A stretch of 64,000 bases of DNA. Origin: Monocercomonoides exilis PA203 (Eukaryota; Protista; Preaxostyla). Positions 32,299-44,097 of this stretch are shown here, piece by piece. Numbering within the stretch: the stretch's first letter is position 1; each line of letters opens with the position of its first letter. A model generated the notes under the pieces. It saw only the letters and a list, made by a program, of their open reading frames with translations, had not been told where the DNA came from and did not search any database. The position numbers and the translations under genes were made by a program. The stretch is from contig LSRY02000035.1 in the NCBI GenBank assembly GCA_001643675.2, positions 496,001 to 560,000 of the forward strand, in the 5' to 3' direction.

Positions 32299-33996
32299 TC
32301 ATTCATCTGCCCAAATGAATATTGGTAGAGGAGGAAATGAAGGACAGTTGTGAGTTAATGAAACAGGAAACATGTATTTAGAAGGTTGGGAATTATCTTG
32401 TTGAACAATTCTGTGCGTATCTTTCAATTTCATGCCCTGACATGCACTATCAATTGATTGGTGAAGTGAAGTTATTTCTTTTTTCATATCTCTCTTTTCA
32501 GAAAGAGGACTAAGAGCAACTATGGTGTGGTAGTGCTTTGGCTAAACAAAAGTTCATTAATAAAAAGAAATTATTATCAACTTTTTCAAAAATTATTTTC
32601 AAACTTGGTAATATGGATTTTGAAGAACCCATTCCTCAATTGCCAATGGTGAATCCATGAATGTGATAACTTGTGAAAAGCTCTTAAGATTTGTTAGTCT
32701 AGCTGACAAAGGTTTAACATCTGCTGGGGCAACAGAATTCAGTGAACTCTAAAAAATTTTTGTTGATAATTTTTGAATAAAAAAATAATTAAAAATTTAA
32801 ACAAAACATTGGAAACAAACCTCAATTGATGCAATATCAATTCCCATCATGTTTCTTCCAGCTGGTGATATTTTCTTTATCCTCGAATACCTATATGAAA
32901 ATAAAAACGAAAATGAAAAAAAATTAATATTATTAAAAATCTCAAAAACAAAAAATGGAAAAATAAAAGTTTGGAGTGTGCGGGCTTCGATCCCGCTGCC
33001 TCTCGCATGCGAAGCGAGCGATCTACCAATTGAGCTAACACCCCATACCGAAACAAAATTTATCATTTCATTTTTGTTATTAAAAATTTTCTCTTTTGTC
33101 TCTTTTTAACAAACCCTTCCAAAACAACTTCAACCATATGTTCCAATGCACTCTGCCAACAACATTTTTTGAAATTTAAGCTAAACTGTTCTGGTAGCAA
33201 GTCTCTGTTTGACAATATCTCAGACGACTTTGTAACTTGATCCAGCTTTTCTTTAAATTTGCAGAATTCTGTTGTTATTGTTCTTACATAGTTATTGCAA
33301 TCAGTTGTCATATCACGAACATTCCAACTATAAGTGAAATAAACAAACAAATTATAAGATTGTTTAAATTAAGATAAACAGTTAAAATAAAAAGTGGCTT
33401 CATACCTTATGCGCTCGATTTCAATTGGTACCTTTTCGAGATTTATTAGTGAAATTGCGATGTTATGATAGATAATCTGTATGCACATTGATATGTTATA
33501 TTCACATAATAAAATAGAGAAATAATAAATATTATAAATAATAATAATAATTTGCTCAAATAAACAAATTTCAATAAAAAATAAAAAAAAATAAAAAAAA
33601 AAAAAAAAATGAAAATTTTTCATTTTCTATTTATCTTCAAAAACACAAACCGCTCTTATTTCCTGAGCTTTCTCAATGAGTGAATCGAAAAAAGAGGAGT
33701 GGAGCGCCTTCTGATCAGCAGGCGTCAGAAATGGCAGGAAAAACGACTTCAGAGAAGAGATATAAGCAGCAAGTGTGGCTAGTGCTTCTGAGGCAACAAG
33801 TCGTTGATTGACAGTTGTGGGGGACTGAGGAAGGAGAACGAGATGGAAAGAGAGAGAGAAAAAGAAAGAAAGAAAGAAAGAAAGAAAGAAATAGATGAAG
33901 GACAAAAAAATAAAGGAATGAATGAAATAAACGTTTTTCAAAAAATATAGAACAAATCCACATTATAAAAATAAAATAAAATAAAATAAAATAAAA

Positions 33997-34042
<46 letters not shown>

Positions 34043-34084
34043 AGAGAAAGAGAGAAAGAGAAAGAGAGAAAGAGAAAGAGAGAA

Positions 34085-34115
<31 letters not shown>

Positions 34116-37100
34116 AAGAAAGTTCTTCGCATTCAATCAAATGAGCAAATATCCATACTCTGAGTGTGAGTGCAGGGATTATCGACTCCATCGTGAATTC
34201 CTGTGAAAGAGGGCTGTTTTGTGGGTATGTCGAAGGAATCGCCACGCCAAAGGGTATTTCCAATGGCCCATCGCCTTGTTTTCCTGCAGCAGAAACAGAA
34301 GAAGAAGAAGAAGAAGAAGAAGAAGAAGATTGGCGTTGTTGTTGAGAAGAAGAAGAGGAAGATGATGATGATGATGATAAAAGTGCGGGTGAATTCACAT
34401 ATCCACTTAGTCCCAGTGGGGAAGCAGAAGGTGGAGGAGAAGAAGGAGAGAAAGAAGAAGAAGAAGAAGAAGAAGTGAATGTCTCCTTCACCGATGAAAA
34501 GAACTTTGACACTCCCTTTTCGATGTCATTCATCACGCTGCTTCCACTCGACCCGTCTCCACTTTTCGTTTTGCCTCTCTTCCCTCCTCCAATCGCTACA
34601 GAACCAGCACTGCCAACCAAACTTCCCCCTCCTCCTCCTCCTCCTCCTCCTCCGCTTCTATCGCCCATCATCCTTCCTCCTCTTCCCCTGATGCTTCCAA
34701 ACCCTCCATTCCCTCCTCCTCCTCCTCCTCCTGCAATTATCCCTCCTCTCTCTCTTTCCCTCTCCCTCTCCCTCCCTCTCCCTTCATACTCCTCCTCTTC
34801 CTCTTCCTCAGCGGTTCTTGTCTCGCTCAAATAGTCCATCCTTCCATCGCTCCTCATCCTCAGCGACCCATCTGCCTCTGTCAGTTGTGCATTCGCCATC
34901 GCATTCCCCATCTCCTGCGACGTCTTCCAGTCCAGCCTGCCCTTCTCCTTCCACCCTCCTCCTCCTCCTCCTCCTCCTCCTCCCATCTCTGTTTTGCTCC
35001 CTCTGCTCCCTCTCTCACTGCCCCACTCATCAGACGTCGCAGTCTCACTCCCTTGTGACATCGTTTCCGCTCCGTCTTCTTTGTTTCTCGTCAGCTTCTT
35101 CTTCATCCGCTGGAACAGCCCCATCTTCTTCTCCCCTTCATACACACCTGAACCTTCTAACACCATCCGCCCCATCGGTGCTTCGTTTAGACTGGCAGAC
35201 GGAGAGACAGGAGGAGAATAAGAAGAAGAGGAAGAAGGGGAAGGTGAAGGAGAAGGAGAAAGAGACAAACGATGTGATGCCGGCTGTGACGAAGCAGAAA
35301 GTCTGTCTTCTTCTCTGTTGTTGTTGTTGCTATTGCTGCTGACGCTGATGTTTGGTGGATTTCCTATTGCTCCTCTTCCGCTTCCTCCTCCTCCTCCTCC
35401 TCCTCCTCCTCCTCCAACATTACTGCTAACATTATTGTTATTACTATAACTACTATTACTATTGCTGTTACTTCCTTTCATTCCATACACATCAGACATG
35501 GCGCGTGTGTGAGCAGCAGCGACTCTCTTCGAAACAGGCGGTGATGTTGCATAGACAGCAGGCGGAGAACGGCTGGTTGGAGAGAGGGGGGGCTTGAGGG
35601 AAGAGACAGAGAGAGAAGAAAAGGAAGAAGCAGAAGAAGAGGAGGAGGAAGAGGAAGAGGAAGAAGAGGAAGAAGAAGAAGCATTTGAGCGAGAAGAAGA
35701 ACGAATAGGAGAAGCGCCATAGAAAGTAGGGCGGGGGATAGGGGAAGGGGCGAGGGAGGCAGCCATTGAGGAAGAGAGGGGGAAAACGACAGGACAAGAG
35801 AGATGGAGGAATTCGCGAACAAGAAAGCGAGCGAGGGGAACAGGGAAGAAGAGGAGGAAAGGGGGGAAGACTCCTGGGGGAAGGCGAAGGGAAGGCAAGT
35901 CGAAGAAAGGAGAAGAAGGAGGAGGGAGGGAAAGAGAAGATGTGACAGGTGGGGTGAAGGCGGTGAGGGTGAGGTTGGGAGGGAAGAAGGGAGACTGGGG
36001 TTGAGGTTGAGAGGAAGAAGAGAAGGAAGAAGAAGGAGAAGGAGAAGAAGAAGAAGAAGAAGAAGGAGAAGGAGAAGATGCGTTTGACGCAGAAGGGAAG
36101 AGAGAAGCAGAAGAAGGAGGAACAAATGTTGACACGTTGGATGAAGATAAAGTTTGAGGGGGAGCACCTGAAGATGGAGTTAAGCTATCATAAGGAGGAA
36201 GAGTGGGAGAAGGAGAAGAAGGAGAAGAAGAGGAGGAGGAAGGAGAAGGTGAAGGAGAAGTCGAAGGAGAAGGCGAAGCAAGCAAAGACGCAGAAAAAGG
36301 AGAAAGAAGAGAGAATTTCTGAGTTCTAAGTGCTGAAAAGAGCTGGCTGTAAGTCGCAATTTCATTCGCGTTCTGAGTGAATACAGTGTTGTAAGCAAAA
36401 GAAGAAGAGGAAGAAGAAGAAGAAGACGTGAAAGCTGTCCAAGTGGAAGAAGAAGAGGAAGAAGAAGGAGAAGACGTGGCTAATCCAGCATGATCAATAT
36501 GCGGAGCAACATGAGAAGGCAGAGAGAAAGGAGAAAGAGGACGAGAAGGAGCAATAAACGCAGCGGTGGGCAAAGCGAAGAGGGAAGAGACAGAAAAATG
36601 GAAGATGCGGAAGAGCTGGGAGACTGCGTAGAGGATGTCGGGTGCCAGCACAGGGAAGGAAACCATCAGTTGGAGGAACTGGATGGAGGTGTCAAGGACA
36701 CGATAGCTGAGGGTGGTGAAGACGTGGTAGGAGGAGAGCAAAGGAGAAGGGGAAGGAGAAGGAGAAGGGGAGGGGGAAAGAGAAAGAGGGAAAGAAGGAG
36801 AAGGAGAAAGGGAAGATAAAAGAGATTTGCCACTGGTCAATGCATTTGATTGAGGTTGAGGTTGAGGTTGAGTGATGAAGGAATCTCTGTTCATAAGCTG
36901 TCCATCTTCAGTGCTGTTTTCTGAGGAAGGATGAGAAGAAGAGGAAGAAGAAGAAGAGAAAGAAGGCGAAAGAAGAGAAGGAGAGTGAAGTGAAGGCGCC
37001 AAGTGCATCGAAGGAGAAGTCGGAGGTGTTGGTGAATGTGCTCTTCTTCGGCTGTCGTTGCGAGTGGTGAGGGAAGACGGAGATTGCAATAAAGATGAAG

Positions 37101-40100
37101 AAGAAGATGATGATGATGATGAAGAGGAGGAGGAAGAGGAAGAGGAAGAAGAAGAAGAAGGAGCAGCCAATACAACAAAGGGAGTAGCTACTGCTGTTGT
37201 GAATGGGTTGCCGTATGAGCTGATCTTCTGCTCAAACAGACGAATCGCTGGATGTGCTGAGTCTACAAGCGACGCTGGCACAAAAGAAGAAGAAGAAGCA
37301 GAAGAAGAAGAAGAAGAAGAAGAAGAAGTGATTCCACTACCAATTGCAACAGAACCTCTTCCCATTCCTCTTCCTTCTCTTCCTCTTCCTCCTGCCAATG
37401 ATGCAGCAGCCACTGCAGATGAAGCTGGCATTCCCCTCACAGACAAGGCAGGCTTCTTCACAAGCGCCCCGTCCTTGTCAATTGTGACTGTATCCAGTGG
37501 AGGCAAGAGAGGCATCGGCTGTTCATTGGCAATGCTCCCTGTGGCTCCTCTTCTTCCTCCTTGAATGTTCTCTTCTGCTTCTTCTGCTTCTGCTTCTTCT
37601 TCTTCGTATTCTTCACTCACTTCTTCATATTCGGATTCCCCTTCTTCTTCCTCTTCCTCTTCTCCTTCGTTCGTCGTTACACCATCAGCATTCACCCGGC
37701 CATTCCCTTTTCTATTGTTGTTATTATTATTCCTTCCATCATTTACTGTCTTCTGAACAACATCTCCTTCTCCTTCTCCTTCTCCTTCTCCTTCTCCTTC
37801 TCCACTTCCTCCCTCCATCTGCAACTGCATCTGCTCCATCTCCTTCTCCTCCACCACCAGCATCGTGTCCCTCCACTCCTCCGTCACCTCGTCCCCCAGC
37901 TCAATCGCCTTCATCACAAATCGTGTGGTTTCAAACGGTTTTGGATACACCTCCCACACTTCTCCCTTTGCACATTCACTCACACAGCTCAGCTGCTCCT
38001 TTTGGAAGGCGAGGAAGAAGCGCTTCGCCTGCTGCTGCATCAGAAGCATCAGCTGTGTGGAGAAGCGGCCAAACCGACCAAAAGGTGGGGTGACACGAGG
38101 AATGTAGTCGACTTCGACGCTTTCGTCGTCGATTTCTTCATCTTCTTCGTTTTCTTCTTCATTTTCTCTTTCTTTTCCTTCTCTTTTTATTCCTTCTTCT
38201 CCTTCTTCTCCTTCTTCTCCTTCACTTCCCTCTAAACTGTTTGGTGCTTGCTCATCTCCGCTGGATGTATTGTTGTTTTCTCCATCGGTACTTTCATCTG
38301 CAGAAGAAGAAGAAGAAGAAGAAGAAGAAGAACTTGAATTCGGTTCTTTTGCTCTTCCTTCGTCTCCTTCTCCTTCTCCTTCTCCTTCTTTCTCTCTGTT
38401 TATAGCATTCACTTCAACTTTTCCTTTTCCTTTTCCTTTTCTCTTTTTCTTTCCTTTTCCATCGTTGTCTGCTTCATCATCATCATCTTCTTCTTCTTCT
38501 TCGCTAACAGCCTCCCCATTCTCCTTCGCAAAGCACCTTCTTCTCCTCTTCTCCTCCATATTCCTCTTCTTCTCTCTCCTCCTCTTCCTCGCCTCCTCCC
38601 TCCTCGCCTCCTCCTCCTTCCTCCTCTCCTCCTCCCTCTTCCTCTCCTCCTTCTCCTTCTCTGTCATCATCAGCACCTCCGTCCCCCCACTGAACAGGTC
38701 CCCAACCGCGCCGAACCTCCCCAGCAGCACCCAGAGTGAGGCAAACTTCTCCCTCTGCGCAATGGACGGGGCAGCAGCCGCGAAGGCGTTGGCCAATTTG
38801 CGCTGGACCAGGTCCCACAGGTCGATGCGCCAGGCAGCGAGGGAATGGGCGAGGACAGGGCCAAAGGAGAAGCGGTGCTGGTGGGTGATGGCGGCGATGT
38901 GGATGCGGTGGAAGGCGAAGAGGAGCTCACAGAGAGCGAGGAGGAGGGCCTGGATGAACTGGGGGAAGAGGCGGGATGGGACGGAGGAGCAGAGGTCGCT
39001 GAACTCGGAGCGGTGGAGGGGAGTGGGGTGGGAAGAGGAAGAGGAGGAGGAGGAGGAGGAGAAAGGAGAAGAAGAAGAAGAAGAAGGAACGTTGGCCTGA
39101 TTGCGGATGAGAGAATGTGGATGAGAAGAAGAAAAGGGTATAAATAGAGGGAAAATGTTTGAAATGAAAATAAGAGAGAGAGAGAAAGAGAGAGAAAGAA
39201 AGAAAGAGAAAGAGAAAGAGATATATAATGACATATTAAAAATTGTGTCCATAACAATGTTGGAATTTTCGAAATGAAAATGATCACAAATAAATACATT
39301 TTTTCATATATATTTTTTCTTTAACCTTTTCTTATTATTTCTCAAAATAAACAAAAGAAGAAGAATTTTCATATTTTTTTTGATATTTTTATTCATTTTC
39401 ATTTCTCATCAACAAACCTTCAAGAAATTGAATGTCGCGTCGTGTGCGTCCTTGTTCAGCCTTGTGATGAAGATGTTCTTGGATGATTGGGTTGACAAAT
39501 CAATTGTTAGTTTTGTGATGATTGGTGAAAAAATAATTTTTATATTTTTTTGTTTGTTTATTGACAGTTTTTGAAGAAAGTGAAGGAATTGATAAGACGC
39601 AGAATTGGTATGAAAGGAGAGAAGGAGGTTTTAAAAAATAAATAAATAAATAAGAAAAAGTTTAATTTAAAGAATATTACAAATAATATTTTGAAAATAA
39701 AATAAAATAAAATAAAATGCAGCAAACTTTAAAGTGATCCTGGGGATCGATGCTGAGCGAGACATCAATTTGGAAAGGAAGCTTTTTCACATCTTCGAAA
39801 CTGATTTTTCATTAAGCATATTCAAAAAGTTTATAAAAAAAATAAAAGGAAAGAATTCAAATAAATAAATTAATTAAATAAATTAAATTAATTAATTTAT
39901 AAATTTTATAAATAAATAAATAAATATTCGATTGGTCAAAATAAATTGATTTCAAACCCGGCCATAACAGATAAAAAATCATGCTCATTGAATGTGTTGC
40001 AAACGTCAGCAAGCATGTACTGCATGTGATTTACCATTCTTGTTGCATTTTCCTCAGTTGAAGAAAAATAACAATTGTTAGAAAATTAGATAATGAACGG

Positions 40101-40950
40101 AAAAAATGAAAAATATATAATGCAAGCAAATGTGGATTAAAATACGATAATATATCAAAACGGAACAGTGCGAACATACCACAAGCTTTGTTTCATAATA
40201 GCGCAAAAATGTAAACTCCTTAAAAAGGGTCCTGAATGATGCGCAACGTAAAATAGCTTCTAGCCCCTGTGAGATAAATATAATTTTTGTATTAAAAAAT
40301 GTCAAGCAATACGGCTCTAAAATTAATTGTAAATACCGCATGGTAATCTCGTTTTAATAAGCAATCTTGAACTTCTTTCTCAATTAGACGAAGTTGTATC
40401 AATTTTTCAACAATTTCAAGACATTCCTACAAAATTACAAACCAACACACAAAAAATAATGTTGTCAAATATAAATTTTTAAATTGAAACGCAAACAGTC
40501 AAATGCTCTTTTCTGTGATACTTTTTGGAAATTTCAGCACTGTGGGTATAGAATTCATCATCAGCATCATGTAAAGCATTTCGGCTAGCCTGCACAGATG
40601 TTCTAACAATGTTCAGCTCGGTTGACACTTCTTGTATCTTTCTCATAGCAGTCACTTCATGGATATTTAATTATTAAATAAATTTATTTTTAAAAATAAA
40701 TAAATTTTTAAAAATGAAATTTCAATGGTTGCAAACAAAATGCATCGTAGTTTCTTAAAACTTTTCGAGATAACAGTACACTGTTACGATGCGCTTCTTC
40801 TGCTTTAATCTGTATTTGGCGGTCAATAATTTGCATGCTTAATCTAGTTTTAGAGAGGGTCTGCATCGTCAATATAAAATCTTTATAATCTTCTAGATTA
40901 ACTTCTTCATCGTTGTATTCTTGTTGACTTTGGTAAAAGCTTGAAATCAT
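32299..40950 (-). CDS. VPS50: Syndetin/VPS50 (EARP subunit), many exons, large low-complexity insertions
   Basis: N-terminal Vps54_N-like LSRKVLRNYDAF and ..KIQEVSTEL. The spliced C-terminus WQSALEHMVEVVLEG|YSRIKKISPAGRNMMGIDIASIE|...IEEWVLQNPYYQ|PKHY matches the syndetin motif LVEGY..VKKCS..GR..M..D. Start codon and some internal exon boundaries are approximate. Confidence 0.8.
32972..33044 (-). tRNA. tRNA-Ala (anticodon CGC)
   Basis: GGGGTGTTAGCTCAATTGGTAGATCGCTCGCTTCGCATGCGAGAGGCAGCGGGATCGAAGCCCGCACACTCCA: 73 nt cloverleaf, G3:U70 pair, A73, eukaryotic Ala-type GATCGA T-loop, T-runs immediately downstream. Confidence 0.95.
33848..34121. repeat. (GA)n/(GAAA)n/(TAAAA)n microsatellites in a VPS50 intron
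   Basis: Direct reading; pyrimidine-rich on the coding strand. Confidence 0.85.
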
Positions 40951-41028
40951 ATGAACAAATAAATAAATGATCGCATTTTCCCACAAGCATAAAAAAATTG
41001 AGAAATAACTATATCACAAGAGATCAGA
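40951..41028. promoter_or_regulatory. Putative very short bidirectional promoter between VPS50 and BUD20
   Basis: Head-to-head start codons at most 78 bp apart. No specific motif identified. Confidence 0.45.
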
Positions 41029-41618
41029 ATGGGTAGAAACGCTCGTTCTCGAAAGCATTGCAAAACTAGCGGTCATAAAACCGCAAAACGTGCTATATAT
41101 TTTTCAAGAGATCTTGACCTTGTGCATTCAGACGTTGAAAAAGGTTTCATAATTTGTTGTTTTGAATTTGTTATATTTGATATTATATTTGTTTATATTC
41201 TGCATATTTCAGGAAAAGCACCACCTAAAATAAACCCTGATGATGATAGACAATGTATTTTTTTATTTTTATTCTTCTATTTATTTCAATTATTTGTTAA
41301 AATATTGTGTTTTTTAATAGTTTTATGTATAACATGTTCGCGATATTTCATTGATGAGCGTTCTTTACTTGATCACAAGAGAACAAAGCAGCACAAGCGA
41401 AGGTTTTATCAGTGAAGATATATTTTGAAAAAAATATTTTCAAATTTTATTTTTTGATTAGATTGAAGGCATTAAAAGAAAAGCCGTATACCAGTGATGA
41501 TGCAATTCTTGGAGCAGGAAAAGGACTTCCAAGAGCAGGATATGACGATGGTCCAGCACATCCGACAGAGCCAAAAGAAGACATTTCAGAAGGCAAAATG
41601 GACATTCAAGAAGATTGA
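41029..41618 (+). CDS. BUD20: C2H2 zinc-finger pre-60S factor Bud20/ZNF593 (4 exons)
   Basis: SRDLDLVHSD; FLCITCSRYFIDERSLLDHKRTKQHKRR|LKALKEKPYT. Introns 41144-41212, 41255-41320 and 41403-41461. Confidence 0.92.
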
Positions 41619-41944
41619 AAATTCATTTCATAATAAATCCACAATTTTTATTTATGGAATGCCACTTCATATATTTCAATTTTTGTTTTGCTTTGAATTT
41701 TATCAATAGCTTTGAATTATAAAGTTATTTTTTTAATATTTTTTTAATGATCTTTGTAGAACAAAAAATTGATGTTGTTATAAATATTTGCTTGTCTTCT
41801 TTTTATTCTTCTTCTTCTTTTTTTTTTTTTTTTTAATCCTTGCAAATTTGAAAAAGAAAAATTTTCTTTTTCTAATTAAACTTTTTTGAATCAAATAAAA
41901 TTGCGGGTTCAGATCGAAAACGATCATTTTATATTTGCTGAGAA

Positions 41945-43498
41945 ATGAAAGTTAGAAGAACATTTATAATTTATAATTGATTGCAAAATAATAAATGTTT
42001 TAAATTCGTGTTTTATATATAGCTTAATATTTCTTATCCAGCTACTGGACAGCAAAAGTTGATTGAGATCAACGATGAGCAGAAGATGTATGTTACATTT
42101 CTCAAATTACTTTTAACACAAAATGAACATTTTATTTTTCTCTTTTTAATTCTTGAAGACATATCTTCATGGAGAAACAGATGGGCCAGGAAGTTGATGG
42201 AAGTGCTTTGGGCGAGGAATTCAAAGGATACATTTTCAAGATCTCTGGTGGAAATGACAAGCAGGGGTTTCCAATGAAACAAGGCATTTTGTCCGCAAAT
42301 CGAGTTCGCATCATCCTCAAGAAAGGTATTGATATCATTACAGATTTTTAATTCAAAGAATGTTTTTGCAATCTGTAATGGTTTTTTCCTGTGATAAGGT
42401 GATAAATGCTTCCGTGAACGCAGGGAGGGGGAGAGAAAGAGAAAGTCTGTTCGTGGATGTATCGTGTCCAACGATATCTGCGTTTTGGATTTGGTGATCA
42501 CAAAGAAAGGACCAAAGGATATCGAAGGAATCACAGACAAGCCAAGGCCCAGACGTCTCGGACCAAAAAGAGCTGGAAACATCCGCAAACTCTTCGGATT
42601 GCCAAAGACAGCTGATGTGAGGAAATATGTTATCCGTAGGAAGTTGCCAAAGGGAGGATCAAAGGCACCAAAGATCCAAAGACTTATCACTCCACTTCGC
42701 ATTGCTCGTAAGAAGTATCTCGCAAAGAAGAAGATTGCATCAGCAAAGAAGACAACAAAAGAGCTTCTTGCATACAAGAAGATGCTTCTTGAGAAGAGAA
42801 ATGAGAAGAAGAAGGAAGCCATTGAGAAGGCCAGAAGGAAGTTGCAACTCAAGAAATTGAAGGAAAAGAAAGAAGCCAAAAAGAGATGGCTGAAGAAAAT
42901 TGCAAGCATCGAAAAGAAGACAGGAAAGAAATACGTAGTTGCTCCAAAGAAGCCGAAGACAAAGAAAGTTGAGGTTGTCCAAAAAGTTGATACAAAGAAA
43001 TATGATGTTGATAATGTTGACAAATCACACAAAGCCGCTCCATTGCCAGCAATTTTGCTTGCTGAGCTTGACAAGAAATCAGGAAAGAAATCAAAAGCAA
43101 CAAAGGGATCCGCAAAGACTGCAACAAAAGCCCCAGCAAAGACAGTTGCTCCAGCAAAGAAGGCAACAAAGGAGACACCAAAAACTGTCTCAAAGGCAAA
43201 GACAGAAAAGAAACTTGCAACAAAAGAGGCACCAAAGGAAGCAGCCAAAGCTACAAAAGAAGTAAAACCAACTAAAGCATCCAAGCCTGCAAAGGGAACA
43301 CCAAAAACTACACAGAAAGCAGCTCCAAAGGCAGCCCCAAAATCCACATCAAAAGCAACTGAAAAAGTTGTTAAAAAAGCTGCCCCAAAACCAAAAAATG
43401 CTCCAGCTCCATCAAAATCTGTATCCAAGCCTGCACAAAAGCCAGCTCAAAAGTCTGATGTTAAAACAACTAAAAAAGCTGCACCAAAGAAGAAGTAA
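41945..43498 (+). CDS. RPS6: 40S ribosomal protein S6 (eS6), 445 aa, with Lys/Ala/Pro/Thr-rich C-terminal extension
   Basis: MK|[55 protein letters not shown]. Introns 41951-42022, 42088-42158 and 42326-42398; spliced CDS 1338 nt. Confidence 0.97.
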
Positions 43499-43967
43499 AT
43501 AAATTGGTGATTTCTTTTTCCTTTAAAAATGGACATACTTCTGGTCAAAAGTTTTGGGGGGAAGAGGGCATGTTGTTGTTTATTTTCTCTGTGTTTATCA
43601 TTGTTTGTTCACAATTCTGTTTTCAATTCACTTTAATCTCGGCAAATATAAAGTAGAAAATTCAATTCGTTTTTAATTAAAATGTATAATTGTATTTAGA
43701 TATAACAACGAAAGATTATTAATTACTGACGAAACTGGAATGCTTGTTTACACATCAAATATAAATACAGAAACAGTTAAACATTTTCTTTTCAAAATGT
43801 GCAACTGGTTGAAAACGGTTATTCTTATCAACAAAAATCAAAAAATAAAAGATGGATAACTCATCCTTTTTGAAAGCATGCTTTTTCTCGAGTAATGAAT
43901 AAAAAATATTCCTCAGTGAGAGTTGTTTGTCAAATTTTTTCAACAAAACACTTTCTTGAATAAATAT

Positions 43968-44097
<130 letters not shown>

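Noticed and set aside
32299-32890. Exons just upstream of the FAB1 ORF as FAB1 5' exons or a VPS50-FAB1 fusion
   Set aside because: They encode the syndetin C-terminal motif and end in TGA at 32299; FAB1 has its own ATG at 32126.
32797-33109. ORFs overlapping the tRNA
   Set aside because: Translations of tRNA and intron sequence; only 32821-32890 is a real VPS50 exon.
41951-42158. Intronic box C/D snoRNAs in RPS6 and BUD20 introns
   Set aside because: No RTGATGA...CTGA box pairs in these short introns.
42034-43428. 464-aa minus-strand ORF opposite RPS6, and the many Ser/Phe/Leu-rich antisense ORFs over FAB1, VPS50 and 1-1400
   Set aside because: Shadow ORFs produced by low-complexity sense codons; no independent motifs.
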